Shown: positions 1 through 9,815 of the stretch, piece by piece
How positions within the stretch are numbered: position 1 is the first letter of the stretch
Layout of the letters: every line of letters begins with the position of its first letter
From: a virus
Lineage: Duplodnaviria > Caudoviricetes
Strand: one strand, 5' to 3'
Virus record (IMG/VR): IMGVR_UViG_3300005805_000300
Location: 1-31,325 of that record
Length of the DNA stretch: 31,325 nt
Program-made: the position numbers and the translations under genes
Notes under the pieces: model-generated
Databases searched by the model: none
Told to the model about the DNA's origin: nothing
Seen by the model: the letters and a program-made list of their open reading frames with translations, nothing else

Positions 1-3000
1 AAATAGGTTTCGAAATAGTCGTCTGTGGCGCCGGTTTTTTCCTCGTCGGTAAGGTCTCCAAATTTCATCGTGTCCCTAAACCCACGAGAAGATTGATTTA
101 TTGTTTTTATTGATTCTTGTTGTTTTCGTTTGTCTGTGAAAAGATTTGCTCCAGCAAGGAATATATCTGTGAAGGCTTGCTTCATTTGCTGTGAAGATTT
201 AGCAGCAGCCAACCCCATTCCTTTTAGGGAATCCGTAAATTTAATAGTGGTATCGTAAAGATTGAAGCCCATTTCGTGTGCAAGTTTTTCGAGTTCCGGA
301 ATTGATTTTCCGGTCATCTTCGTTAATTCGTCAAGCCGTTTTGTCATAACTTTGTCTTGCATTTGATAGGCAGCTGTTTCTCCTTGCGTTAGACTGCCGG
401 TAGCTTGCAGTGCTGCCTGAACAGTGTTGTCGTTTTTGAACATCTCTTTGCGTTCTTTATTGCTGGTTTGAACACCTTGTTTTGTTTGCGCCGCTAAAAC
501 TTTTTCAAGGAGCGCCGCATTTGATAAGGCTCCTGCTGATCCAGCAGCATTTGTGCCTTCTACTATATTTCCTTCGACTATCCCTCTAAGTGTTGCTGAT
601 TTTTCCAAATATTGCCTACCCAATCCTTCGAATGAGCCCCTGTCTTTCATGGCCGATGTGTCGCCGCCAGCATCCTTAATTGCTTGAAGCCTGTCTTGAC
701 TTCTAAAGAATTTTTGAGCACCTTGTCCAACAACGCCTTTAAAAACTTCCGCCATATTATTTTCCATAGCTTTTTTTGCTTTTTTGGCTTCAGCCTTCCC
801 CTTATTGATCATGCCCTTAAAGGCGCCAGCAAGACCACCAATCACTGCACCAGCGAGTGCTCCGCCTGGTCCTAAGTAGGAGCCAAGGGCAGCTCCACCT
901 GCTGCTCCAGCTAGCAACCCAGACTTTGCGCTTGTTGCGTTGTATGCACCGCCCAAGCCCGCAACAGCGAGCCCTGCTCGTGCATCCATTTGTGCAACCA
1001 TTCCACCAAGCGCCATTGCTCCCTGCATCTCTTCCGGCACATACTGACTGGCAATTCCAAGCCCTAAGCTGGAACCCATTTTGCCACCCATGCTCTTACC
1101 GAATTTATTTGAAGCCGCACCGAATCTTGTGTTATTTCGATTTACTCGATTAAGGTCTCTAGCCCTATCAAGACGGGCTTTATTTTTGGCGATAAATCCA
1201 GTTTGCCCAGCACCTCCCTGACTTTTAGCTGTAGTCCTGTGTTTGTAGTCTTGTTTTATTCTCTCACGCTGATTGTCGACATCTATGTTCCCACCACTAC
1301 CAAACATTTGTTTGCCAGATGCATCAAGCATTGGGCTGCCATCTGGATTTTTGAGAGCCACCTGCATATTGGGATCGTAAGCTCCACCCATTGCGTAGGC
1401 CATCATGCCAGCCGCACCGCCATACATTTTTTGAGCCCTACTAGTTACTCTGTCTGTTATTGCTTGACTATAATCTTTGAATTGACTCCCTCTTACATCC
1501 CTCATTGGCATTGCTGCTGTTGCGTCTACCCGCGCAATATCCATAGCGGAAGCATTTAAGCGACTCTTATAATCTGGGAACGCCGTTCTTGCTTGTTCTG
1601 CTTTGAGCGCTCTGTTGTATGCCCTGTTTTCTGCATTCTGTATTCTTTGTTGTTTTCTTTCGTCGTACCAATTGGCGGCAGCGCCGTCCATGTACATATG
1701 TCTGCCAGTTCTTCTGGCTGAGCGCAAATTAAAATCAGACGTTGGGTCTAACTTCATCGCTGCCCCACCCCTAAAGGTGCTGAGAGCCCTTTGATCGTAG
1801 GCGTCAGCACTTGTATTCCCTTGATTAAAAGACGCTCTTCTGGCATCGTAGCCCATCGCTGTTACAGCTGCTGGATTGCTTGGCCCAAGATATCCACGTT
1901 GATCCATGAATGCTAAATTTCTTTGACTTGCATACATTGGAACAAATCCTGCACCCCTAGCACCGGAAGCAAGTCCTGGACCGGCTTGCTGACCTGTCCC
2001 TCCAGGACCAACTGGTCCGCGCGGTGCGGCATTTGGCCCTGCGGGATTTCCGTTTACGTTTACGTTTGCTGCAGTCACATTCATCTGTTGGGTGCTTTGT
2101 ATTGCTTTTGATTCCGGCGTAAAACGACCAGTCACTTTGCCCATCGCACGACCGGCAAGACTAAATGCGACAAGTGGAGCCAATGCTGACATTAGGCCCT
2201 TGCCCATTGTGCCGGTCATCATTTTTGTCATCATCCCAAAAACCTGAGAAAGCATGTTGACTATTTTTGTCAAAAATGGAAGAAGATCAAAAAACCCTTT
2301 TTTCAAATTCATAAATAATTCAGAGGCCTGCCTAATCATTCCACCAAGGGCTTCACCAAATGCACTTACCTGGACTTCATTTTTTTGTAGTAAGTCATTA
2401 AATAAAAACATATTGTCTGCGCCGGCACCAAGCGCTTGACCTATGGGTTTAAAAGCTTTTTCTATAACTTTTGCACCTTTTTCTAGTGGTGCCATATACT
2501 CAATAACGCGTTTCCAGCCTTGTTTAAACTCCGTCATCCAGTCGCCGACTCTGTCGAACATACCAATAGCTTTTGGCAAATATTCACGAATTGTTTTTAC
2601 CATCCAATTGCTTAACTTGTCGACTCCGTTAACAAATCCGTCAAGCAGTCCCTCAAATCCCATCGATTGACCTATGGTCGCAGATATTCTCTGAAGGTCT
2701 CTTCTAATTATTTTGAATATGTCTTCAAAAGCTCCTTTTGCTGGTTCAAGAAATTGATCACCAAAATCTGCAAACTCTGTTTTTAACCGAGTCATATATA
2801 CTTTGAGTTGACCAATTAAGGTATTGTTTACTGCAGCGAATTGTCCAGCAACACCACCCTTCTCTGCAAGAAGACCAGAAAACAACGCTTCCTTAAAACC
2901 TTCTTTTGTTTGCGTAAATTTTGAATCTTTGAGCGCTTTCTGCATTTCTGGACCAAGCTGACCTGCCGCCGCCTTGACATCAGCAAGACTTTTTTTCTGA

Positions 3001-3716
3001 TCATTAAGCGCAGCAACAACAGCAGCAACTTGCTCTATTGCTTTTTGTGGGTCCTGTCCGGCGGATCCGAAATCCATTAACGCTTTAATAGCTTTGCCGC
3101 TTGCGTTTATTTGTTGGACATTCATGGTTTTAGACATAACACCGTATGCTTTATTTAGACCATCAATTCCCAGAACAGCCAAGCCCGCATCAGCCTGTAG
3201 ATTACGCATGGCCATTCTCGTTTGATTCATCGCTGAACCGAATTCTTTTGCGCCCGATCCCCTGTAGGCGTACATTACTGCCTGTTGTTCCCTCATTGCC
3301 GCAGCGGCTGCTCCAAGCGCCATGGTTGCCGCCGCCGCACCACCAGCCAAGACCTGCATGGCTCCGGAATACGCCTTTACAAGGAACCTTCCAGCACCGA
3401 GGATAAGGTGCCAACCCAAAAATGCAGCGCTAAGTAAACCCATTTCCAGCAGAACACCCTTTATTGCTGTTGTTAAGAATTTGGTTATCCCTTTCCCGGC
3501 CATTTTTACTGCGGAGTCAATCACGTCAAAACTTTTTTTCATTTTTAAAGCGGCGGATTTAACGGCAATGACAGAACTTTGCATCATTGGCCCCATGCTG
3601 TTTTTGCCTATTTTTTTGGCGGCTCTATCGAGAGCCATCAATTCAAGGCGTGCTTTTACGAGGTCTTTTGTTTTGGCATCAAATACAATTTTTATTTTTA
3701 CAAGCTCGTCTGCCAT
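1..3716 (-). CDS. Tape measure protein (partial, runs off the window start; >1230 aa)
   Basis: Not in the ORF track. My translation from ATG at 3716 (MADELVKIKIVFDAKTKDLVKARLELMALDRAAKK...) stays open to the window edge. Ala/Gly/Met-rich, helical, with glycine-zipper segments (GVLAGAAGGAALGSYLGPGGALAGAVIGGLAG). Lies directly after the tube and chaperone genes. Confidence 0.9.
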   Translation of the reverse strand, partial: MADELVKIKIVFDAKTKDLVKARLELMALDRAAKKIGKNSMGPMMQSSVIAVKSAALKMKKSFDVIDSAVKMAGKGITKFLTTAIKGVLLEMGLLSAAFLGWHLILGAGRFLVKAYSGAMQVLAGGAAAATMALGAAAAAMREQQAVMYAYRGSGAKEFGSAMNQTRMAMRNLQADAGLAVLGIDGLNKAYGVMSKTMNVQQINASGKAIKALMDFGSAGQDPQKAIEQVAAVVAALNDQKKSLADVKAAAGQLGPEMQKALKDSKFTQTKEGFKEALFSGLLAEKGGVAGQFAAVNNTLIGQLKVYMTRLKTEFADFGDQFLEPAKGAFEDIFKIIRRDLQRISATIGQSMGFEGLLDGFVNGVDKLSNWMVKTIREYLPKAIGMFDRVGDWMTEFKQGWKRVIEYMAPLEKGAKVIEKAFKPIGQALGAGADNMFLFNDLLQKNEVQVSAFGEALGGMIRQASELFMNLKKGFFDLLPFLTKIVNMLSQVFGMMTKMMTGTMGKGLMSALAPLVAFSLAGRAMGKVTGRFTPESKAIQSTQQMNVTAANVNVNGNPAGPNAAPRGPVGPGGTGQQAGPGLASGARGAGFVPMYASQRNLAFMDQRGYLGPSNPAAVTAMGYDARRASFNQGNTSADAYDQRALSTFRGGAAMKLDPTSDFNLRSARRTGRHMYMDGAAANWYDERKQQRIQNAENRAYNRALKAEQARTAFPDYKSRLNASAMDIARVDATAAMPMRDVRGSQFKDYSQAITDRVTSRAQKMYGGAAGMMAYAMGGAYDPNMQVALKNPDGSPMLDASGKQMFGSGGNIDVDNQRERIKQDYKHRTTAKSQGGAGQTGFIAKNKARLDRARDLNRVNRNNTRFGAASNKFGKSMGGKMGSSLGLGIASQYVPEEMQGAMALGGMVAQMDARAGLAVAGLGGAYNATSAKSGLLAGAAGGAALGSYLGPGGALAGAVIGGLAGAFKGMINKGKAEAKKAKKAMENNMAEVFKGVVGQGAQKFFRSQDRLQAIKDAGGDTSAMKDRGSFEGLGRQYLEKSATLRGIVEGNIVEGTNAAGSAGALSNAALLEKVLAAQTKQGVQTSNKERKEMFKNDNTVQAALQATGSLTQGETAAYQMQDKVMTKRLDELTKMTGKSIPELEKLAHEMGFNLYDTTIKFTDSLKGMGLAAAKSSQQMKQAFTDIFLAGANLFTDKRKQQESIKTINQSSRGFRDTMKFGDLTDEEKTGATDDYFETY

Positions 3717-3791
3717 AGCTTTTTGCCACTTCTTTATGTGATTTTTAAGTCACGTGAGTGTAAAAAGCGCCGGAGCTATGCAGGCATTTGG

Positions 3792-3995
3792 TTATGCCTG
3801 CTGAGTCTTCGACTTGCGCTCTTGCTCTTCGCGGTCGTTAGATATAACTTTAGCACAAGCCATTAGCAGTAGCCAGTCAACATCATCTTTATCTAGTAGG
3901 TCTAATGGACTCTGTCCAAATAGTTCCCCTAGTCTTGCTGCTGATTTAATTAAGGAATCCTTGACTAGCTCGTCGAAGATTCCTTCGTAGGGTCC
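3792..3995 (-). CDS. Frameshift-accessed C-terminal extension of the tail assembly chaperone (gpT-like)
   Basis: Open -1 frame overlapping the chaperone 3' end: GPYEGIFDELVKDSLIKSAARLGELFGQSPLDLLDKDDVDWLLLMACAKVISNDREEQERKSKTQQA*. It has no start codon in its 5' two-thirds and fills the gap before the tape measure gene. Confidence 0.75.
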   Translation of the reverse strand, partial: GPYEGIFDELVKDSLIKSAARLGELFGQSPLDLLDKDDVDWLLLMACAKVISNDREEQERKSKTQQA

Positions 3996-4528
3996 GATGC
4001 GGACACCGTATCTGAGTATCCGGCGGCATCAAGAATTGCTAATGCGGCCGATTCGATGTGTGGGTCGACACCAAAAAGTGCTCGAACTGCGTCCGGAACT
4101 GGTTTTGTGGTTTCTGTCATTTCAAGAATAAATGGATGAGCGAAGTTCATGATGTTGCCATACTCGTCAAACACCTCTTCGTCGTCCATGTGAATTCCGA
4201 TTGTGGTATGCCCGATGACCAAACAGGCAAACCTTGTTGCATCAAGACCGTTTCTGGAATCCTCGCCGCACTGTTTTCTCCAGTTCTTCATCTGTGTTTG
4301 AGTAATGTTCGGGCTTACCTTAACGAACAAACCCGGTCTCTCTGGAACTTCAATAAGAACTGGTTTTCTTTCAACTTTCTTTTTGACCAAATCACGCAGT
4401 CTGTTTAACTGTGTCTCTTCTTTGGCTGCTGAAATGGTTGCAGCACTAGAAACCGCTTCCTTTAATGCAGCCTTCTTTGGCTTTGAACTATCTGATTCTT
4501 CTGTCGTGTAAAGTGTGTTGTCGCTCAT
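3965..4528 (-). CDS. Tail assembly chaperone (gpG-like)
   Basis: 187-aa ORF between tail tube and tape measure, ending ...SDPTKESSTS with an overlapping -1 frame ORF. Confidence 0.75.
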   Translation of the reverse strand: MSDNTLYTTEESDSSKPKKAALKEAVSSAATISAAKEETQLNRLRDLVKKKVERKPVLIEVPERPGLFVKVSPNITQTQMKNWRKQCGEDSRNGLDATRFACLVIGHTTIGIHMDDEEVFDEYGNIMNFAHPFILEMTETTKPVPDAVRALFGVDPHIESAALAILDAAGYSDTVSASDPTKESSTS

Positions 4529-4544
4529 GTTGAGAAAACTAGCA
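4529..4544 (-). promoter_or_regulatory. Extended -10 promoter giving a leaderless chaperone mRNA
   Basis: Minus strand reads TGc-TAGTTT, 7 nt, ATG(4528). No SD sequence. Confidence 0.5.
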
Positions 4545-4576
4545 CACCCAAACTTCCCGTAGTGGAAGTGTCAGAA

Positions 4577-5080
4577 TTATCTTGTAGTTGAAGTAACGTC
4601 CGAGATTGCAAACGTAAGAGCAAATGTCGCAGGGGCACCAGATGAAGAATCTCCGTCTGGTTCTGTGATGCCAACCAATAGGGCGTCATAGTAGTAGCGG
4701 TCATTTGTTGGATCTTTGATGTCACAATCGTAAACAGATATCACAATGTTGTAGTAAGCGATACCGACATATTTACGAAGCCCTTGCAGTTTGGCGCCAA
4801 TTCCAGCAGCCGTCTCCGCGCTGACCATGTCATCGTCATAGTGGGCGGTCAACGTAATGTCGCCAATCTCTGACGGAGCGCAAAGAACTGTCGGACGCGA
4901 CTTGCCACCCTCATAGATTTTTTCTACAGAGGCTGTTATTTCGCCGCCAGACACCTGAGCGAACTTGAAACCCGTCCATTTAGGAAGGTTTGCTTGAACG
5001 TTCGTTTGCTGCTTGGCGTTGCTCGCAAAGTTGCTTGGGAATATTTCCGCAAGTACTTGTCTCTGTGCAATTTTAGCCAT
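4577..5080 (-). CDS. Tail tube protein
   Basis: 167 aa, immediately after the sheath. Tube-like beta-rich pattern (FAQVSGGEI...YEGG...IGDITLT...PDGDSSSGAPATFALTF). SD GGAGG upstream. Confidence 0.8.
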   Translation of the reverse strand: MAKIAQRQVLAEIFPSNFASNAKQQTNVQANLPKWTGFKFAQVSGGEITASVEKIYEGGKSRPTVLCAPSEIGDITLTAHYDDDMVSAETAAGIGAKLQGLRKYVGIAYYNIVISVYDCDIKDPTNDRYYYDALLVGITEPDGDSSSGAPATFALTFAISDVTSTTR

Positions 5081-5094
5081 TTCCTATTCCTCCG

Positions 5095-6555
5095 TTATAC
5101 GACTGTTGAAGTCAGATTTGATTTGACGATGTCAATTTCAATCTTGTCACCAACGCTGGACACTCTTACTCCAACGCGAGCTTTGACAAGACCTGTTTGC
5201 AACTGAGCAGGCGGGTTGATTGATGAATCACATTTAACTGTGTATCCATTATCAAGTTGCTTGCCATTTGCATCGAATGCTGGATAGAGGGCGCCAAGGT
5301 CTCTCATTCCTGCAAGAATTACTACAAGCCTCGCTTCAATATTTGCAAAAATTGTATTTCTTCCATCAATTGTAGAGAAGACAAGATCTTCAAGCGAGCG
5401 ATAGCACTCAGTGACAATCGTATTGACAACGTCTTGCTGTGTGACATAGCGGAAGTTGTCTGTGTCTGTCGAGAGTGAACGAGCGCCGTAAATTCTGACG
5501 GTATTTTGAATTACACGAATTGCATTTACTGCACTCTCATCAAGGTCATCGCCAGTTATCTTGTCGATATCAACCGCAGCACCGCTGACAAACTTCGCTG
5601 CAGAAATAAGGCCTGCCGCTGGAAGTTGTGGTCCTGTTTGATTGTGTGCAACTGCTCTTTTTGCTGCAACATATCCATCTGGTGGAATCGTTCTAAGTAC
5701 ACCAGCAATGCCGGATGGTACCGTAACCCATGGATAATAAAGAGCAGCGTGTTCTGCGTTTTCGCCAGCTTGATGTGCTAGGGCTATTGCCTTGACGGCC
5801 GCCACTGATGCGTCAGAGCCTGCGTGCAGAATTGCAACTCTGCTGTAAGCGTTTGCGTGTGCAATTAACCCTTCCCGCACTGCCTCGTCATCGTTGGTCA
5901 CCTCAGGGCACACAACCGCACCGGTTCCAAGAGCGTCATTAAAGACACTCAATGCAGCCACATAGGTTGATGCGTTTACTTGATTTTCGAATGCGTTTCC
6001 AGCAGCAAGTGCTGTTACGGCAAGTGCTGCAGGAAGTGTTGATGTTGAATTGATTGATGCAGACACATAGCGGGCTGCAATTGAGCTTGAATTTACTCTT
6101 CCAACTATTTGAGACGATGAAGAGCAATTCCCGGTTGTGTAAACCAATGCATCTTCGTAGTACAAGTTGAGTTTGACTAATGAACCGGAAGCTACCACTT
6201 CCGCGTCAACATTCGCACTCCACGCGCCAGGCCCGTTTGCTGTGAGCGTAATGCAGGCTGCCGCAGCGCTGTTGTTGAGGACTAGAGTTCCAACAGTTGC
6301 ACTTGCTCCAACTGCGCGAGCTACATAGGCTTGCGTGCCACCTTCTTCAAAAAATGTTCCAACCGTTGAGTAGAGATAGGAGTCTGAGCGGTATTCGCCA
6401 AACATGCTTTCAAAATCCGCAATGCTTTGAACCAGAACTGCTTCACCGCTTGGACCTCTATTGGCCAGACCAACTACAAACAGCTGTGATGATTCACGAA
6501 CTGTAGCTGTCGATGGACCGGTTCTTACTGAAGTTGATATAACTACGCCAGGCAT
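5095..6555 (-). CDS. Contractile tail sheath protein
   Basis: 486 aa with sheath-family features: MPGV start, FFEEGGTQAYVARAV, ALYYPWV, IPPDGYVAA, VNAIR...VRIYGARSLS...FRYV. Confidence 0.93.
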   Translation of the reverse strand: MPGVVISTSVRTGPSTATVRESSQLFVVGLANRGPSGEAVLVQSIADFESMFGEYRSDSYLYSTVGTFFEEGGTQAYVARAVGASATVGTLVLNNSAAAACITLTANGPGAWSANVDAEVVASGSLVKLNLYYEDALVYTTGNCSSSSQIVGRVNSSSIAARYVSASINSTSTLPAALAVTALAAGNAFENQVNASTYVAALSVFNDALGTGAVVCPEVTNDDEAVREGLIAHANAYSRVAILHAGSDASVAAVKAIALAHQAGENAEHAALYYPWVTVPSGIAGVLRTIPPDGYVAAKRAVAHNQTGPQLPAAGLISAAKFVSGAAVDIDKITGDDLDESAVNAIRVIQNTVRIYGARSLSTDTDNFRYVTQQDVVNTIVTECYRSLEDLVFSTIDGRNTIFANIEARLVVILAGMRDLGALYPAFDANGKQLDNGYTVKCDSSINPPAQLQTGLVKARVGVRVSSVGDKIEIDIVKSNLTSTVV

Positions 6556-6689
6556 AGGACCTTCCTATTACTTCTCATTGGGGTTGGATTCCCTTATGTG
6601 AGTCAATTGTACAGAAGCAAAGTGATTATTTTGTGCAACTATCACTACAACCTTAAAGAAGTGACTTTAATAAGAAAAACATTTATAAA

Positions 6690-7367
6690 TCATACACCAG
6701 GGCCACTAACCGTGACCTCATCATCGACTCTCGTGAGGGTGATTCTGTTGTCTAGTGATTCAAGATTTAAATTAGAAATAGGAACTCCAGCCCCAACAGA
6801 GGAGGTTTCAAACTGTATTTGCTGGACGTCTGAATAACCTTTTCTCATTACTACTTCATCTATTTGAAGGGTGTAAGAAACATAGGCTCCAGCCATCACC
6901 CTTTCGCCCTTCAGTAGCGTTATGTCCGAAAACTCTTCACGAATAGTTGATTCATCTATGATTGCTCGAAACGATGTTCTCGCGTCATAAGACTTCAGGC
7001 ATGGATAATCAAGGAGGGCTGATCGAACAACTGTCGTCATCCTGTCTCTCATTAGGGTGCAATCCTCCGAGCCCTCGGTACGAACCCACACATAGGTACG
7101 CATTGAATAACTAACTCTGTAAAGAGGGTCTCCATTATCCATCCCAATTCGCTCTAATTCGTTGGTCGTCAAAACGGTAGTGATTATTGATGGCCACCTA
7201 TCAAGCGCCAGTGGTTCGTGAATTATGTATTGCTCTGGTAGGGGGAGTTCGCGATTGCTTATTGTCCACCCATTGTGGTATTCAACAATTCTGGTTGGGA
7301 TATCTAATTGCAAATAATCGTTTACATATTTTTTTGCGAAATGCGCGCCATTCATTAGGCTTATCAT
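6690..7367 (-). CDS. Putative tail terminator / tail completion protein
   Basis: 225 aa, between neck gene and sheath; its start overlaps the upstream stop. Call rests mainly on position. Confidence 0.5.
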   Translation of the reverse strand: MISLMNGAHFAKKYVNDYLQLDIPTRIVEYHNGWTISNRELPLPEQYIIHEPLALDRWPSIITTVLTTNELERIGMDNGDPLYRVSYSMRTYVWVRTEGSEDCTLMRDRMTTVVRSALLDYPCLKSYDARTSFRAIIDESTIREEFSDITLLKGERVMAGAYVSYTLQIDEVVMRKGYSDVQQIQFETSSVGAGVPISNLNLESLDNRITLTRVDDEVTVSGPGV

Positions 7368-7849
7368 GTCAATTTGCTTCCGTGCTTAATATACTTTCGT
7401 GCAAGCCTCCCAAGATCTCTATCAAAGTCGCGGGGAGTAAAAAGGATGGGTCTTGCTGGCATATTTTCTGTTCCGTATTGATGAAATTTAGCAATTCTGT
7501 TATTGACAACAAACGTCGCTGATTGATCACTTGATGAACCACCAACAATGTCAAGATTGGTTGCATCAAAAAACAATTTACCAGTTCTTATCATTAATGG
7601 GGTCGCCCAGTGCGTTGCTTTCCATGCACCATACTCTGGAGACAAAGGAGGCCATGCACCCCCAAGCATCGCCCTGGCCGACATTGAACCTTGCGATAAA
7701 AAGTTCTCTCTGTTTGATTCTTCTAATTTATTTTTTGCCCATCTCAAAACAGGACCCATATCGCTGGTTCTATCGCTCATGTCATCAAGACGCTCTTTTG
7801 CTTCGTCTGAATCAACCTTGATTCGTGTTACTACACGTATTCTTGCCAC
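7364..7849 (-). CDS. Virion morphogenesis / neck protein (Mu gpG / P2 gpS-like)
   Basis: Motifs WPPLSPEY, LMIRTGKL, AKFHQYGTENMPARPIL, typical of this family. Confidence 0.8.
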   Translation of the reverse strand: MARIRVVTRIKVDSDEAKERLDDMSDRTSDMGPVLRWAKNKLEESNRENFLSQGSMSARAMLGGAWPPLSPEYGAWKATHWATPLMIRTGKLFFDATNLDIVGGSSSDQSATFVVNNRIAKFHQYGTENMPARPILFTPRDFDRDLGRLARKYIKHGSKLT

Positions 7850-7851
7850 GG

Positions 7852-8496
7852 CTATATCCGTGTTCTTTTATATTTTCTCAAAGTTGAAAGTTCAGAATCA
7901 AGAAAACCTGTTTCAGCTATTGCAACATTTCGCGGATTAAGGTCCTTAACACCAACAACATCGTCGTGCATATTTTGCATTTCACGAGTTGCTGCTCGAA
8001 GAATCATCAATTTCAGAACCGGAATACTCTGGCCATCAAGACCGGCTGTGTATGTGATTGTTATTAAATCGTCTGGGTTTCCATAATAATAATCAATTCC
8101 ATAAGTTCTTTTTATATAGTGTGTTTCATTAACAAGAGTTCTTTCTACACCGTAAACTGGTTTAACTTTAACGCTAGATATCGAAACTATGGGTGTATTT
8201 TTTAGATAAATTGATGGGGCAGGTTGAGAAAAAGTATTACTATCAACAATATTGTCGTTGAAAGTGTCCGAATAGTTTAGGTCGTTTACGGACAAAAAAG
8301 ACGACATCGGAACCCCCATGTGACCAGAATCAAGTCTGTGTTCTTCCACGAACTGCTTCTGCTCTATTGGTCTACGAAGAAATGATTCAAGTTCGCTTTG
8401 AAGTCCTGCAAGTATCATCTCGCATGCGTCAATTTGACGATTAGTGAGAGATATATCCATATAGACCTTGAGGTCATTTACTGTTACAAGCGCCAT
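7852..8496 (-). CDS. Head-tail connector/adaptor (gp6/gp15-like)
   Basis: MALVTVNDLKVYM start, LESFLRRPI, ITITYTAG, C-terminal LRKYKR; first gene of the neck/tail operon. Confidence 0.75.
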   Translation of the reverse strand: MALVTVNDLKVYMDISLTNRQIDACEMILAGLQSELESFLRRPIEQKQFVEEHRLDSGHMGVPMSSFLSVNDLNYSDTFNDNIVDSNTFSQPAPSIYLKNTPIVSISSVKVKPVYGVERTLVNETHYIKRTYGIDYYYGNPDDLITITYTAGLDGQSIPVLKLMILRAATREMQNMHDDVVGVKDLNPRNVAIAETGFLDSELSTLRKYKRTRI

Positions 8497-8580
8497 GTCA
8501 TCCTCTGGTCAAAAGTTATTGAAATTCTCTGCAGCTCACAATTTTAACATTTATTACATATTTTTAAGGTCAACGATTGA

Positions 8581-8615
8581 TTGACCAACCAGTAGGGTGG
8601 TGATACTGTACAGGA
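8581..8615 (+). promoter_or_regulatory. Sigma70-type promoter, leaderless transcript
   Basis: TTGACC(8581-86), 17-nt spacer ending TGa, TACTGT(8604-09), 6 nt, ATG(8616). Confidence 0.7.
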
Positions 8616-9002
8616 ATGGCCAAAACAAATAAAGCAGAAATAAAGGAAGATGTAGTTAACATCTTGAACCACGTAACAGAAACCTTATTTTATTTTTTTG
8701 AGGAAAACGAAGAAAATCTTGAAGAAGACGATGAGGCCTTAGACGATTTTCAATATTTCATGTGGGTGATAGCAAATGTTGCTATGGGTGCCGCAGGGAT
8801 GACTGTGACCGGGCGCAATTCTGACGGCACAATTAACGCCGTGTTCAATCCGGTAAAAAGCGTTAAAAAATTCATCCAAGAAGAACATGTGTCCGAGGAC
8901 GGGGATAGATTTTTTGAAGACATGATTGAGTTAGAGGAAGACCCATCAGAAATCGATTTGGGTGGTTTTACGGAGCTATTTACGGGAACGAAAGAAAACT
9001 AA
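8616..9002 (+). CDS. Highly acidic hypothetical protein
   Basis: 128 aa, D/E-rich, own promoter; the only plausible plus-strand gene in a minus-strand block. Confidence 0.75.
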   Translation: MAKTNKAEIKEDVVNILNHVTETLFYFFEENEENLEEDDEALDDFQYFMWVIANVAMGAAGMTVTGRNSDGTINAVFNPVKSVKKFIQEEHVSEDGDRFFEDMIELEEDPSEIDLGGFTELFTGTKEN

Positions 9003-9004
9003 AA

Positions 9005-9781
9005 CTATCTCTTCCGTCTGCTTGTTCTCTTTTTCCCTGCAGCCCTGCCAGCCCCTCTAACATTTTTCTTGGTCTTTCTTTGAGCACTGCTTGCCCTTTT
9101 AGCAGACGCCGCAGCTCTTGGTTTTTTTACCAGAGGTGGGCGAAAATCTCGAGTTGATAAATTTCTAGCAGGCGAAACGCCACCCACCCTATCGACTCTC
9201 GCAATACCTAATTTATCTAGCCCGGCCCTATCCCCTACCTGCCTTCTTGATCTACCAACCCTTACTCCACCTCTGCTCTGCATTCTTTTGTATGCTCGGT
9301 CCTCAATATCTCTATAGCCCTTTGGCTTGGTGAGACCGAGATAGGTTTGTGTTGTTTTGCCTCTTGGGTCATCGGAACGGGTCGTTTTCCCCTCGCTACG
9401 TTTTGAGAATTCCGTTGTCTCACTTCTTTTCATTATTTTTTTAGTTCGTTTATTCCTGGCGAGCTTAGCACCCTTTGAAGGCGCCCCTTTTTTAGTTACG
9501 CCCTGAGTGGAGTATCTTTGCATTTTGTAGACATCGCCATATTTACCACGCTTCAAATCTCGCTTTGTCACGCCAAAAATATCTGTAGCTAATTTGGCCA
9601 ACCTGTCATATTTCGCTTGATCTTTTTTGCTCAATTTTGCAGCTTGTACTTTTTTGCCAGCTTTTTTGGCAGCCTGAGCTCGACGCTTAAGCGCCTCTTC
9701 TTTTTCATTAAGGTTTCTTATTCCCTTATAGATAGCTGCAGCATCGTCTGCAATATCCGGGCCGTAACGTACACCTGGCAT
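9005..9781 (-). CDS. Very basic K/R-rich protein, putative nucleic-acid binding/condensing protein
   Basis: 258 aa, K/R/A-rich with a histone-H1/protamine-like tail (AAASAKRASSAQRKTKKNVRGAGRAAGKKRTSRRKR). SD AGGAG upstream. Confidence 0.7.
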   Translation of the reverse strand: MPGVRYGPDIADDAAAIYKGIRNLNEKEEALKRRAQAAKKAGKKVQAAKLSKKDQAKYDRLAKLATDIFGVTKRDLKRGKYGDVYKMQRYSTQGVTKKGAPSKGAKLARNKRTKKIMKRSETTEFSKRSEGKTTRSDDPRGKTTQTYLGLTKPKGYRDIEDRAYKRMQSRGGVRVGRSRRQVGDRAGLDKLGIARVDRVGGVSPARNLSTRDFRPPLVKKPRAAASAKRASSAQRKTKKNVRGAGRAAGKKRTSRRKR

Positions 9782-9815
9782 AAAACTCCTTGGACATAAA
9801 AATATACCAGAGTTT

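Noticed and set aside
684-3866. Many short ORFs in the track over 684-3866
   Set aside because: They are antisense or off-frame shadows of the continuous tape measure frame, which the track missed because it lacks a stop in the window.
6544-9781. Shared MPGV N-terminus of the sheath and the basic protein
   Set aside because: Only four residues, and an early PGV motif is normal for sheath proteins; probably coincidence.
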